Below, piece by piece: positions 9,735 to 18,120 of a stretch of 64,000 nt of DNA (position 1 is its first letter; each line of letters begins with the position of its first letter). Made by a program: the position numbers and the translations under genes. Below the pieces are notes generated by a model. It was not told where the DNA came from. It did not search any database and was given only the letters and a program-made list of their open reading frames with translations. The DNA lies in the NCBI GenBank assembly GCA_965242965.1, contig OZ251518.1, forward strand, positions 4,064,001 through 4,128,000, written 5' to 3'. Source of the stretch: Candidatus Poribacteria bacterium (GTDB lineage Bacteria > Poribacteria > WGA-4E > WGA-3G).

Positions 9735-9938
9735 TTGACAAAAAACGCGACATTTGCTAAAATAAACGCAGTTTTAAACATTTTTGGCGATTTTTCGCGT
9801 GAATTTGACTGTTTTCACGATTTTTCGCAGAAAAAGTTTGACAAAAAACCGAAATTCATGTAGAATATGGTTAATTGTCAACATTTCCACGATTTTTCGC
9901 AAAAAAAGTTTGACATTTATTGCATGTTCGTGTATCAT
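9735..9938 (+). promoter_or_regulatory. Three tandem near-consensus sigma70 promoters
   Basis: TTGACA-N17-TAAAAT (9735-9763), TTGACA-N17-TAGAAT (9838-9866), TTGACA-N17-TATCAT (9910-9938). Confidence 0.7.
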
Positions 9939-10011
9939 TAATGCAAACGTAGTGATACGCGCGAAAAAAACGCGCCACCGCGAGACCGAAACCGAACAGA
10001 GGAACGATACC

Positions 10012-10170
10012 GTGAACCAGCGAATTGTTTTTTCCATTGCTAACCAGGTCGCCGTAGACCTGCTTGGGTACCGAGAGATGCACGTTTGCCGTGCGTCTAT
10101 GCCCGTTGTCGCGCCGTCACGAGTTCCCGTCCACCTTAATGCTCAAAAGGGAGGATTTACCCCCCCCTAA
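10012..10170 (+). CDS. Putative 52-aa leader peptide
   Basis: AGAGGA SD 8 nt before GTG 10012; stop TAA follows a C8 tract directly. Confidence 0.4.
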   Translation: MNQRIVFSIANQVAVDLLGYREMHVCRASMPVVAPSRVPVHLNAQKGGFTPP

Positions 10171-10204
10171 TTTACTAGCGTTAAGTAGTTTTTTTTTTCT
10201 TCAC

Positions 10205-10441
10205 AAGACAGCGGCGACTTTCGTCGTTCCGTTGTCTTCTACCCCGCACGCATTCGTTGCGTGGCGGGTTATTTTTGTTGCATCGGGACTGGCCCGATGC
10301 ATTTCCCAGGGCTTTCCGAGTAGGAGATTGAAACCGTCCCCGAATTGAATCGACTCACGGTAGAAGGCCACAGTCAATTCGGTGCGCGGACACAATACAT
10401 TTACACACAAAACCCCGCCGTCGCAACAGAAGACAGCGGGG
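10205..10441 (+). promoter_or_regulatory. Putative structured cis-regulatory RNA leader
   Basis: Consecutive hairpins, plus a 3' segment complementary to the 3' strands of the first two (see findings). Confidence 0.5.
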
Positions 10442-10453
10442 AAGGAGAATAAA

Positions 10454-11077
10454 ATGAAATTCTTAACACTTGCAGTTGCAATAGCACTGCTAGGTATTTT
10501 CGGATGCGATGAACCTAATCAGATGATGCAGCAGGTCACGCGCGAGACAGGCGAGATCGGCGAGACAGGTGAGACGGCTCCAACCGCTGGAGATGTCCTC
10601 ATCGAAAGCCACACGCCGGCACCGTTTCGGTGTCCAGACCCCTATTGGTGCGAGCCCGTCTTTTCTTACACGAACGTGCCGGGCGAGGATAACACAGGGC
10701 AGTTGACGATATACGTTGATATCCCCGAAGCTGTCGGTGACGGTCCTCATACCGTTCATCTGACATACGATCCGGACCTGCTAGAAACGGACATCCCAAA
10801 CCAGCGACTCGCAGAATTCCCAGAGTGGGACTTCAAACGAATGGAGTCCACCTTCTTTCTGAAACGCGGTGACACGATTGTCTTTAAGTATGAGTTGATT
10901 CATGAAGAGGTGCTTGGTGCCGTGATCGGGGTTTGGTACGGCGAAAGCCTCCGGATCCAGGATGCAGAAAATGTCACCGAAGGCGTAGAAGTTGCGTTTG
11001 GAATCGCCTCGGGATGGGACGAGTCGTTGGAGGCACTCGCGGCTGGTGATTTTTGGATAGAGCCGTCCACGGAATGA
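10454..11077 (+). CDS. Hypothetical lipoprotein
   Basis: MKFLTLAVAIALLGIFG-C lipobox-like signal; SD AAGGAG. Confidence 0.75.
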   Translation: MKFLTLAVAIALLGIFGCDEPNQMMQQVTRETGEIGETGETAPTAGDVLIESHTPAPFRCPDPYWCEPVFSYTNVPGEDNTGQLTIYVDIPEAVGDGPHTVHLTYDPDLLETDIPNQRLAEFPEWDFKRMESTFFLKRGDTIVFKYELIHEEVLGAVIGVWYGESLRIQDAENVTEGVEVAFGIASGWDESLEALAAGDFWIEPSTE

Positions 11078-11087
11078 GGGACTTATC

Positions 11088-11417
11088 ATGCCAACGCAAA
11101 ATGATGTGCAACTTAACATCAGTGTTCGCGATGGTGCATCACAAACGCTGGCGCGCGTCACGAAACAATTGCAGGCTTTGCAAGGTGCTGTCTCGCAAGT
11201 GACAGCATCTTCGCAACGCCTGACAGATGCATCGAGTCATATCAATAGCGCATTTCAAACGCAACGTCAACGTGTGAATACGCTGGTGAGAATCACGGAT
11301 ACTTATGAGGACAGCTTGCGCGATGTGCAACGTGCAACGGAGAAAGTGCAGGAGAGTCCCGATAGAGGGGCTCGCAAGCGGCGAGCCCCTCTCGTTTTGC
11401 AAATCGGCGATTTATAG
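11088..11417 (+). pseudogene. Truncated coiled-coil ORF resembling the N-terminus of a phage tape-measure protein
   Basis: NDVQLNISVRDGASQTLARV then an A/Q/S/T-rich helix; ends in a hairpin and REP pair. Resemblance judged by eye only. Confidence 0.4.
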
Positions 11418-11515
11418 AGAAGAAAGAGTCGGGACCGGGAGGTCCCTCCTACTGCAATTCTCATTTTCGGGACCGGGAGGTCCCTCCTACTGCAATACCA
11501 TTTATTAACTTGGTA

Positions 11516-12643
11516 TTACCCCGTCAGCACAATCGCATTCTCCGCGCGCCAAGTCAGAGACACCTGAGCACCACGACGAAAGCGATGCATCTCACCCGCG
11601 CCAGTATTCTGCTGATGCACAATAACTGGCGTGGGATAATCTGTCTGCACCGTGTATTGAAGCGTCGTGCCGAGATAACTCTCGTCCTGAATGATGCCGT
11701 TTAGGCGCGATACGGCATCGAGATCAGAGGACTCTCCTACCGGAGAGATAAGATCAATGCGTTCCGGCCGAATCGCCACGGTGACAGAGTCACCGGGTTG
11801 GACATTGCCGTTGTGTGTGCAGACGATTTGAATAGGCGGTTCGGTTGCGAGTGCAACGGTTGCGAATTTGGTTGTTGGGGTAAGAGTGGTTTCTAGGCGT
11901 GAAAGCGTCCCTTCAAAAAAATTAGAGGTGCCGATGAAATTTGCGACAAAACGGGTTTGCGGCGCGTCGTAAATTTCGGCAGGCGTGCCTACCTGCAGGA
12001 GCTTCCCATCGCGCATTACCGCAATCCGGTCGGAGAGTGCCAATGCTTCACCCTGGTCATGCGTGACGTAGACGAACGTGATGCCGACTTGACGTTGCAA
12101 CGTTTTGAGTTCGATCTGCATCTGTTTTCGCAACTGTAAATCGAGTGCGGCGAGAGGTTCGTCTAGCAACAGGATAGTGGGTTGGTTGATTAACGCACGC
12201 GCGAGTGCAACGCGTTGCTTTTCGCCCCCGGAGAGTTCACTCGGTTTCCTGTCTCCGTAACCCGGTAGCCTAATGAGTTCAAGGAAACGTTCCACTTCGG
12301 ATGCCGTTTTTGCCTTCGGCATCTTTTTCATCTGCAGTCCAAAGGCGATGTTTTGCGCGACGGTTTTATGCGGAAACAGCGCGTAGTTTTGGAAAACGGT
12401 GTTGACAGGCCGGCGATAGGGTGGCGTTTGCTTCATCGGTTCTCCGTTGATGCAGACCTTCCCGGATGTGGGATAGACAAACCCACCGATGATGCGCAGC
12501 GTGGTGGTTTTCCCGCATCCACTCGGTCCGAGCAGTGAAAAAAATTCGCCGCCTTCTATCTGCAGTGAGACATCGTCCACGGCGCGCGTGTCGCCGAATT
12601 GTTTCGTTACCGATGTGAGGGTAATCTGTCCAACATTTTCCAT
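11516..12643 (-). CDS. potA: Polyamine-type ABC transporter ATP-binding protein
   Basis: GPSGCGKTT, PPYRRPVNTVFQNYALFPH, LSGGEKQRVALARAL, LLLDEP, YVTHDQ; C-terminal TOBE-like region. Confidence 0.88.
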   Translation of the reverse strand: MENVGQITLTSVTKQFGDTRAVDDVSLQIEGGEFFSLLGPSGCGKTTTLRIIGGFVYPTSGKVCINGEPMKQTPPYRRPVNTVFQNYALFPHKTVAQNIAFGLQMKKMPKAKTASEVERFLELIRLPGYGDRKPSELSGGEKQRVALARALINQPTILLLDEPLAALDLQLRKQMQIELKTLQRQVGITFVYVTHDQGEALALSDRIAVMRDGKLLQVGTPAEIYDAPQTRFVANFIGTSNFFEGTLSRLETTLTPTTKFATVALATEPPIQIVCTHNGNVQPGDSVTVAIRPERIDLISPVGESSDLDAVSRLNGIIQDESYLGTTLQYTVQTDYPTPVIVHQQNTGAGEMHRFRRGAQVSLTWRAENAIVLTG

Positions 12644-12818
12644 ATTTTCGTAATTTTCGGACTAACCTAAAGCGTTTGAGAACGTCTCTGGATGCGATTC
12701 ACAACAGATCAAGACTAGGCGGGCTTGCCCTACAGGCGTAAGACGAATCCGTAGGAGAGACCTCCCGGTCTCGATGCACTTCCATAGGGGTTTTGCCCTA
12801 CAGGAGTAAGACGAATCC

Positions 12819-14072
12819 TCAGAGGTTTGTTCTCTGGCAAACGACGATGTTTTCTTCATGCATTGTTGCGGCTGTTTTCCCGGCGACGTTGGTGGGGCTA
12901 TTCTTGTGGGGCATCCGTTTGTTCGGGATGTTCCGAACGATGGTTTCCTGATGCGAAAAGCCGTGTCGCCCGAACTCAGCAATCACAAACGCATCTGTCG
13001 GAAGCATCACGCCTTTCACACTGCGATTGCCGACAACGTAGCACACCGTCGCGCGGGCGGAGAGTATCTTCGCGACGGTATGGATACTTCGCCCGAGGTC
13101 GATGTAGAAGGCGGAAACTTGTTGCGCCCGCTTCGCGTCGACAGACCGGATTTCCTCAATAGCCGCGTCTACCGGCGAGTCGGCTAATTTGCTTTCGGTA
13201 TGATAGCCACCCATTGCAAGTCTGTCTACTTTTCGCGCATTGGGCAAGCCGAGCCATTCAGCGGCGAGGCGTGAGAATTGTCCATACGCAACCGTCGTGT
13301 GCGAATCACCGTAGGGTGGAGATGTAACGACGATGTCATATCCGCCTAACGGACGCGGCATCGGGAACTCTCCAGAGACTGTATTAACGCCAGAGACTGA
13401 TGCCTCAACGTTTTGCCGTTTCTCCATGAACCTCACTAATCCCTGCTGATTTCGGCTCAGTTTCTTGCGAAAAATGCCGAAAACATCGGGTTGAAAGCGC
13501 GCCAGTTTCTCGGCAGGCATCCGATGCAATTTGAATTCACCGTTTCGGGTATAGGAACATTCGCGCACCGTTTCCGAAAAGGCTATCCACAGAAAGTTGC
13601 GAACTGTCTCCTCTTCCACCTCGCCTATCCACGCGCGCAGAAAAGCGAGGGTTCTGATGACTTCTTCAGAAAACCAATATGCCAAATTCGGAATCTCCGG
13701 AACAGGTTTTTCCGGCACCTTATCGGAAAACTCCACCTGAAAGAGACAATCGTTCAGTTTGTCAAGATGCGCAGCGAGGAGTCGAGGCGGAATCGGGGTT
13801 AACTTGGCCGTGGCTATCAGGCGCACGAGTGGATTGATGTCGCACCCCACGCTGTGCATGCCGAACAACGATGCCTCCACCAATGAAGTGCCTGTGCCGC
13901 AATACGGATCCAGCAGCCATCTGCCTTTCATGCCGTAACGCTTCAGAAGTTTCCGCGCGATTTGCGGAATCATCATGGCGGGATACGTGTGGAAGCAGTG
14001 GGTATATTCCTTCGTGTCGGCAGCCCGGAAATCCCATGCTTCGTCTTTGTATTTACGGTTTTCTCGATTCAT
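12819..14072 (-). CDS. DNA methyltransferase, probably N4-cytosine (alpha motif order)
   Basis: HTYPAMMIPQI, motif I LLDPYCGTGT, motif IV TSPPY; ATGA overlap with the REase stop. Confidence 0.88.
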   Translation of the reverse strand: MNRENRKYKDEAWDFRAADTKEYTHCFHTYPAMMIPQIARKLLKRYGMKGRWLLDPYCGTGTSLVEASLFGMHSVGCDINPLVRLIATAKLTPIPPRLLAAHLDKLNDCLFQVEFSDKVPEKPVPEIPNLAYWFSEEVIRTLAFLRAWIGEVEEETVRNFLWIAFSETVRECSYTRNGEFKLHRMPAEKLARFQPDVFGIFRKKLSRNQQGLVRFMEKRQNVEASVSGVNTVSGEFPMPRPLGGYDIVVTSPPYGDSHTTVAYGQFSRLAAEWLGLPNARKVDRLAMGGYHTESKLADSPVDAAIEEIRSVDAKRAQQVSAFYIDLGRSIHTVAKILSARATVCYVVGNRSVKGVMLPTDAFVIAEFGRHGFSHQETIVRNIPNKRMPHKNSPTNVAGKTAATMHEENIVVCQRTNL

Positions 14073-14758
14073 ACCAAGTCTTCCCGTTTTCCAAAGCACA
14101 AGTTTAAGAATCTCTGGTCGATCCGAAAACCGGTGCCGTGATTCCTCACTCCGCCATTCTCGTTCAGGTGCATCCGCACGTCAACGATGACGATATCCTT
14201 CCGAATCAAATCTAAGAAATTATCCGCTTGAGGTTGTGTGAGGAAAACTGCCTCGTTAAACCAGAATTCCTCTTTCCTGTCTGAATTTATCCGGGTATCG
14301 GCGTAAACGATAACCAGAGTCGGCATCTTCTCCCGGAAGGTCTCCATCACGCGCGCCGCCGACCACTCAGCAATAAGGGTTCCATCGACGTGAAAAAGTC
14401 TGACAGCGGCTTGTTCAACTTTCACGTAAAGTCCCTGATTATTGGGTCGATTGTTGACGGTGCAGTAGAGAGAGGGACGGCCGTTGGTATCAACATAGCC
14501 GTAGTTCTCAATCAGTTCACGCTGTTTTATCTTCCAAACGCCACGGTTGAAAGTAAACAGGGTGACTCGGTTTGAGACGGCCTTTCTCTGCGATTTCACC
14601 TCAATTTCACCGAAATCAGGAGATTTCAGGTTATTCTCCTTTAATCCGAGCAAAGTTTCCAGGGTATACCCGATGCCGGTGTTGCTTTTTCGCAATGAGA
14701 CAACATAGCCGCGTTCCTTGATTGCAGCCAGTTTGTCTTTTAACTCCGTTATATCCAT
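14069..14758 (-). CDS. MvaI/BcnI family restriction endonuclease
   Basis: NTGIGYTLETLLGLKENN..PDFGEIEVKSQR and RNHGTGFRI; translationally coupled to the MTase. Confidence 0.85.
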   Translation of the reverse strand: MDITELKDKLAAIKERGYVVSLRKSNTGIGYTLETLLGLKENNLKSPDFGEIEVKSQRKAVSNRVTLFTFNRGVWKIKQRELIENYGYVDTNGRPSLYCTVNNRPNNQGLYVKVEQAAVRLFHVDGTLIAEWSAARVMETFREKMPTLVIVYADTRINSDRKEEFWFNEAVFLTQPQADNFLDLIRKDIVIVDVRMHLNENGGVRNHGTGFRIDQRFLNLCFGKREDLV

Positions 14759-14767
14759 ATTGCACCT

Positions 14768-16213
14768 TCACTCAGCGGATAGTACCCGCGTCAAAATCTG
14801 ATTCACCAGTTGCGGATTCGCCTTGCCGCGCGTCGCACGCATGACCTGGCCGACAAGGAACCCAATCGCCTTCTTCTTGCCATCGCGGTAATCTTGCGCG
14901 GGACCGGGATGCTCCTCCACCACTTGTTGCACAATCGCCTCGATTTCCGAGGTATCGGTAATCTGCGACAACCCCTTCGCTTTCACGATGTCCTTCGGCA
15001 TTTCGCCTGTCTCAAAAGCATCGTCAAGCACTGACTTGGCAATCTTGCCGCTGATGGTAGCGTCATTAATCAGTTGGATGAGCTCGCTCAGATGCGCCGG
15101 TGTGACTTTCGCATCGGGGATGTCTATCTCCGCAGCGTTGAGTAACCGCGAAATATCTCCCATTATCCAGTTCGCGCACGCCGTCGGTTCGCCGCTAAGT
15201 TGCGCCGCTTCATCGTAGAAGTCAGCGAGGTGACGGGTGGCAGTCAGGAACTCCGCGTTTTCGGTGGAGATGCCGTAGTCGGCGATGAACCGTTTGCGGC
15301 GAGCCGCGGGGAGTTCAGGAAGCGTCGGTTGGAGCCCGGCGAGCCAGTCGGCATCGATTTGAACGTGAACCAGGTCTGGTTCAGGGAAATAGCGGTAGTC
15401 GTCCGCTTCTTCTTTGCCGCGCATGGCTGCCGTTTTGCCGGTGCTGGCATCGAACAACAGCGTCTCTTGGATAACCTCGCCGCCGGCATCCAGAATCCGT
15501 GCCTGCCGTTGCACCTCGTATTGCATCGCGTCAAGCAGTTCCTGAAACGAGTTCTTGTTCTTAATCTCGGTGCGCGTGCCTAATTCTTGGCTGCCCATGG
15601 GACGGAGGGAGAGGTTCGGTTCGCACCGGAGGCTTCCCTCTTCCATGTTGCAATCGCTTACACCGATGTATTCCAAAATCTCTTTGACGGCGCGGCAGTA
15701 GGCGACTGCCTCTTCGGGAGAATGGATTTCGGGTTCACTCACAATTTCCAAGAGCGGCACACCGGCGCGATTGAAGTCCATGAAACTCCGCGTCGCGTCG
15801 CCGGTGACTTCGGCGTGGACAGATTTGCCGGTATCCTCTTCCAAATGGATTCGGCGGAGGGCAACGGTGCGGGGTGCGCCGTTAAAGTTGAAGGTGACTT
15901 GTCCGTTCAGACATAACGGCATGTCATACTGCGAGATCTGGTAGTTTTTCGGCAGGTCTGGGTAGAAATAGTTCTTCCTGTCAAACTTGCTGTATGGCGT
16001 GATGTCGCAATCCATCGCCAAGCCGGCGCGCACGGCAAACTCCACGGCGCGCTTGTTGATAACCGGCAGCGTGCCCGGCATCGCTAGGCAGACGGGACAG
16101 GTGCAGTCGTTCGCCGCCGCACCGAAGGTATACGCGCAATGGCAGAAGAGTTTGCTTTCCGTGCATAACTCGGCGTGAATCTCTAACCCGATGACTGTTT
16201 CGTATTTTTGCAT
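14768..16213 (-). CDS. gatB: Asp/Glu-tRNA amidotransferase subunit B
   Basis: YETVIGLEIHAEL, FDRKNYFYPDLPKNYQISQ, RIHLEEDTGKS, DYRYFPEPDL, GQVMRATRGKANP. Confidence 0.97.
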   Translation of the reverse strand: MQKYETVIGLEIHAELCTESKLFCHCAYTFGAAANDCTCPVCLAMPGTLPVINKRAVEFAVRAGLAMDCDITPYSKFDRKNYFYPDLPKNYQISQYDMPLCLNGQVTFNFNGAPRTVALRRIHLEEDTGKSVHAEVTGDATRSFMDFNRAGVPLLEIVSEPEIHSPEEAVAYCRAVKEILEYIGVSDCNMEEGSLRCEPNLSLRPMGSQELGTRTEIKNKNSFQELLDAMQYEVQRQARILDAGGEVIQETLLFDASTGKTAAMRGKEEADDYRYFPEPDLVHVQIDADWLAGLQPTLPELPAARRKRFIADYGISTENAEFLTATRHLADFYDEAAQLSGEPTACANWIMGDISRLLNAAEIDIPDAKVTPAHLSELIQLINDATISGKIAKSVLDDAFETGEMPKDIVKAKGLSQITDTSEIEAIVQQVVEEHPGPAQDYRDGKKKAIGFLVGQVMRATRGKANPQLVNQILTRVLSAE

Positions 16214-16236
16214 AATTTTCCTCAACCGCGATTTTT

Positions 16237-16606
16237 CTAGGGCAAATCCGTAATCGTTACGTCGCCATCCGTGACGATATCTAGTGTCAGGCGATTATCT
16301 TTAAGCAACGCCATGCCGACTAATGATGTCCCGGCTGTTCCGTGAACATACACGTTGCGTTCTGTGCCATGCCATAACACTTTCGCGCGATAAACATCAA
16401 AGTTGACAGTACTTCCATCACCGAGGATGCCAATCTGGTTAGCAAATCGTGGGAGGTTCAGGTGACGAATGAACTCACTCGGCAGACACAGAAAGCCGCT
16501 GAATCCTGTATCAATGAGTGCCTCCGTTTTTTTTCGAGTGATTTGGGCCGATAATCTTCAACTCGATGATGGCTTCTTGCTTGTCGGTAATTTTTCCTTT
16601 CATCAT
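16237..16606 (-). pseudogene. Retropepsin-like (clan AA) aspartic protease with a +1 frameshift in an A8 run
   Basis: Removing one base from the run at 16527-16534 gives MMKGKITDKQEAIIELKIIG...KTEALIDTGFSGFLCLP...SLVGMALLKDNRLTLD, with the DTG catalytic motif. Confidence 0.8.
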
Positions 16607-16869
16607 TGTTTCGGCACCGAGACTTGAAAGCCGAATCGATGAACCGCAGGAAACCCAATCCGCAAGCAGTAAACTATCGCGTCCGGATTTTTCGCATGGA
16701 TCTTGTCCATAGCTACCGCATCCTCGTCATCGATTTCATAGTTCCCTGTTTTGACATCAATGGCCAAGATTCTGCCTTTGTGCTCGGGTTCAACTTTGTC
16801 CCGCAATTGCTGATAAATCGCCTTGCCGCGGGAGACAACAACTTCTCGGGGATAATCTGAAGAGTTCAT
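16603..16869 (-). CDS. Small hypothetical protein (DUF5678-like partner of the aspartic protease)
   Basis: GKAIYQQLRDKVEPEHKGRILAIDVKTGNYEID...P.A..Y.LRIG; ATGA overlap with the protease gene. Confidence 0.7.
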   Translation of the reverse strand: MNSSDYPREVVVSRGKAIYQQLRDKVEPEHKGRILAIDVKTGNYEIDDEDAVAMDKIHAKNPDAIVYCLRIGFPAVHRFGFQVSVPKQ

Positions 16870-16896
16870 GGTAAGTTACCTCGCCTGCTTTACAAG

Positions 16897-17070
16897 GTGA
16901 TTGCGAGGGACAGGCCCTCGCACTACGCTATTGAAACAGAGTGATTGCGAGGGACAGGCCCTCGCACTACGTCATTGAAACAAGGTGATTGCGAGGGACA
17001 GGCCCTCGCACTACGATATTGAAACAGAGTGATGGCGAGGGACAGGCCCTCGCACTACGATATTGAACAG
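16897..17070. repeat. Four tandem 44-bp REP-containing units
   Basis: GTGAT(T/G)GCGAGGGACAGGCCCTCGCACTACGnnATTGAA(A)CA starting at 16897, 16941, 16985, 17029. Confidence 0.9.
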
Positions 17071-17144
17071 GTATTTCCCCAAAAGACGATGGATGTCAAC
17101 CCGTTAGGCAGTAGTGCGCGCTTGGCACGCGCGCCTACTAATTC

Positions 17145-17909
17145 CTACTGCGATAACTCGTTGACAATTGACACGTTCGCTTCCACTTCGCTGCGGGAAG
17201 TCATCCCGATAGTCATTGCGTGGACGCAGGAAAGCCCCATCACAAACTCAATCGCCTCTCGTGCACCGCCTGCTTCTTTGGCGAGTTTGCTCATGCCGAG
17301 CACTTTCATGCCGTAGATACCCTTGCCGGCGAACGCCATCAATTCCATCGTCCGGATAACATCCGCCGGGGATGCGTCCATGTGAACACCGGCGTAGTTA
17401 ATCCGTGCCAGCACCACGTCCACCCACGGTGTCATGGCGGCGGTTTGGAACGCGCCGTAATCGTGACAAGATACGCCGTGCGCGCGGATGAGCCCCTGCT
17501 CCTTACACCGCACAAGTGCCTCCATCGCGTCCGGATACCGCTTCGGCCAATCCACCTGTGTGAGACAGTGGAGCAGCACGATGTCCACGTAATCCGAACC
17601 GATTTCCTTGAGAAACCGCTTGACATCCGCTTCCACATCTGCACGGGTGCGCGACACCGTTTTCGTCGTGATGGTGACGCTGCTTCTATCTACGTGCTTA
17701 AGAGCCTCTCTCACATGCGGATGACTCCCGTACTGGTCTGCTGAATCCCAGAACGTCACGCCTTTGTCGTGTGAAAAAAGCAGCAGGTCGCGGAGGCCTT
17801 CCAGCCCTAAATCTGTCTGATTTGAGCGGCCGTTCCAACCGTTCGACCCGGTGCCAATAGATAGCCGTGAAACGTCCAATCCCGTTTTTCCGAGTGCAAC
17901 AATTTCCAT
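17145..17909 (-). CDS. Aldo/keto reductase
   Basis: LGKTGLDVSRLSIGT, FWDSADQYG, DYVDIVLLH, GLIRAHGVSCH; SD AAGGAG. Confidence 0.9.
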   Translation of the reverse strand: MEIVALGKTGLDVSRLSIGTGSNGWNGRSNQTDLGLEGLRDLLLFSHDKGVTFWDSADQYGSHPHVREALKHVDRSSVTITTKTVSRTRADVEADVKRFLKEIGSDYVDIVLLHCLTQVDWPKRYPDAMEALVRCKEQGLIRAHGVSCHDYGAFQTAAMTPWVDVVLARINYAGVHMDASPADVIRTMELMAFAGKGIYGMKVLGMSKLAKEAGGAREAIEFVMGLSCVHAMTIGMTSRSEVEANVSIVNELSQ

Positions 17910-18120
17910 TGAAATTCTCCTTCCAGTCAAGTTAGGTTTAAGTATAGCAGAAAAGTTCACAATATGTCAAGCATTTTTACGCTATTGTCTTTTTTTGTTG
18001 CTTTTTACCAATAAGAAACGTTACAATTAAAATAGCCGGAAGTAATGATTCCGCAAAATTTGAAAAATCCGAGAACTACGGCGCATCTAGTTAGACACGG
18101 CCAAGCGTTCTGCAAACCGA

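Noticed and set aside
16897-17070. Possible CRISPR array
   Set aside because: Units abut with no unique spacers, no cas genes are nearby, and the core is a REP found throughout the window.
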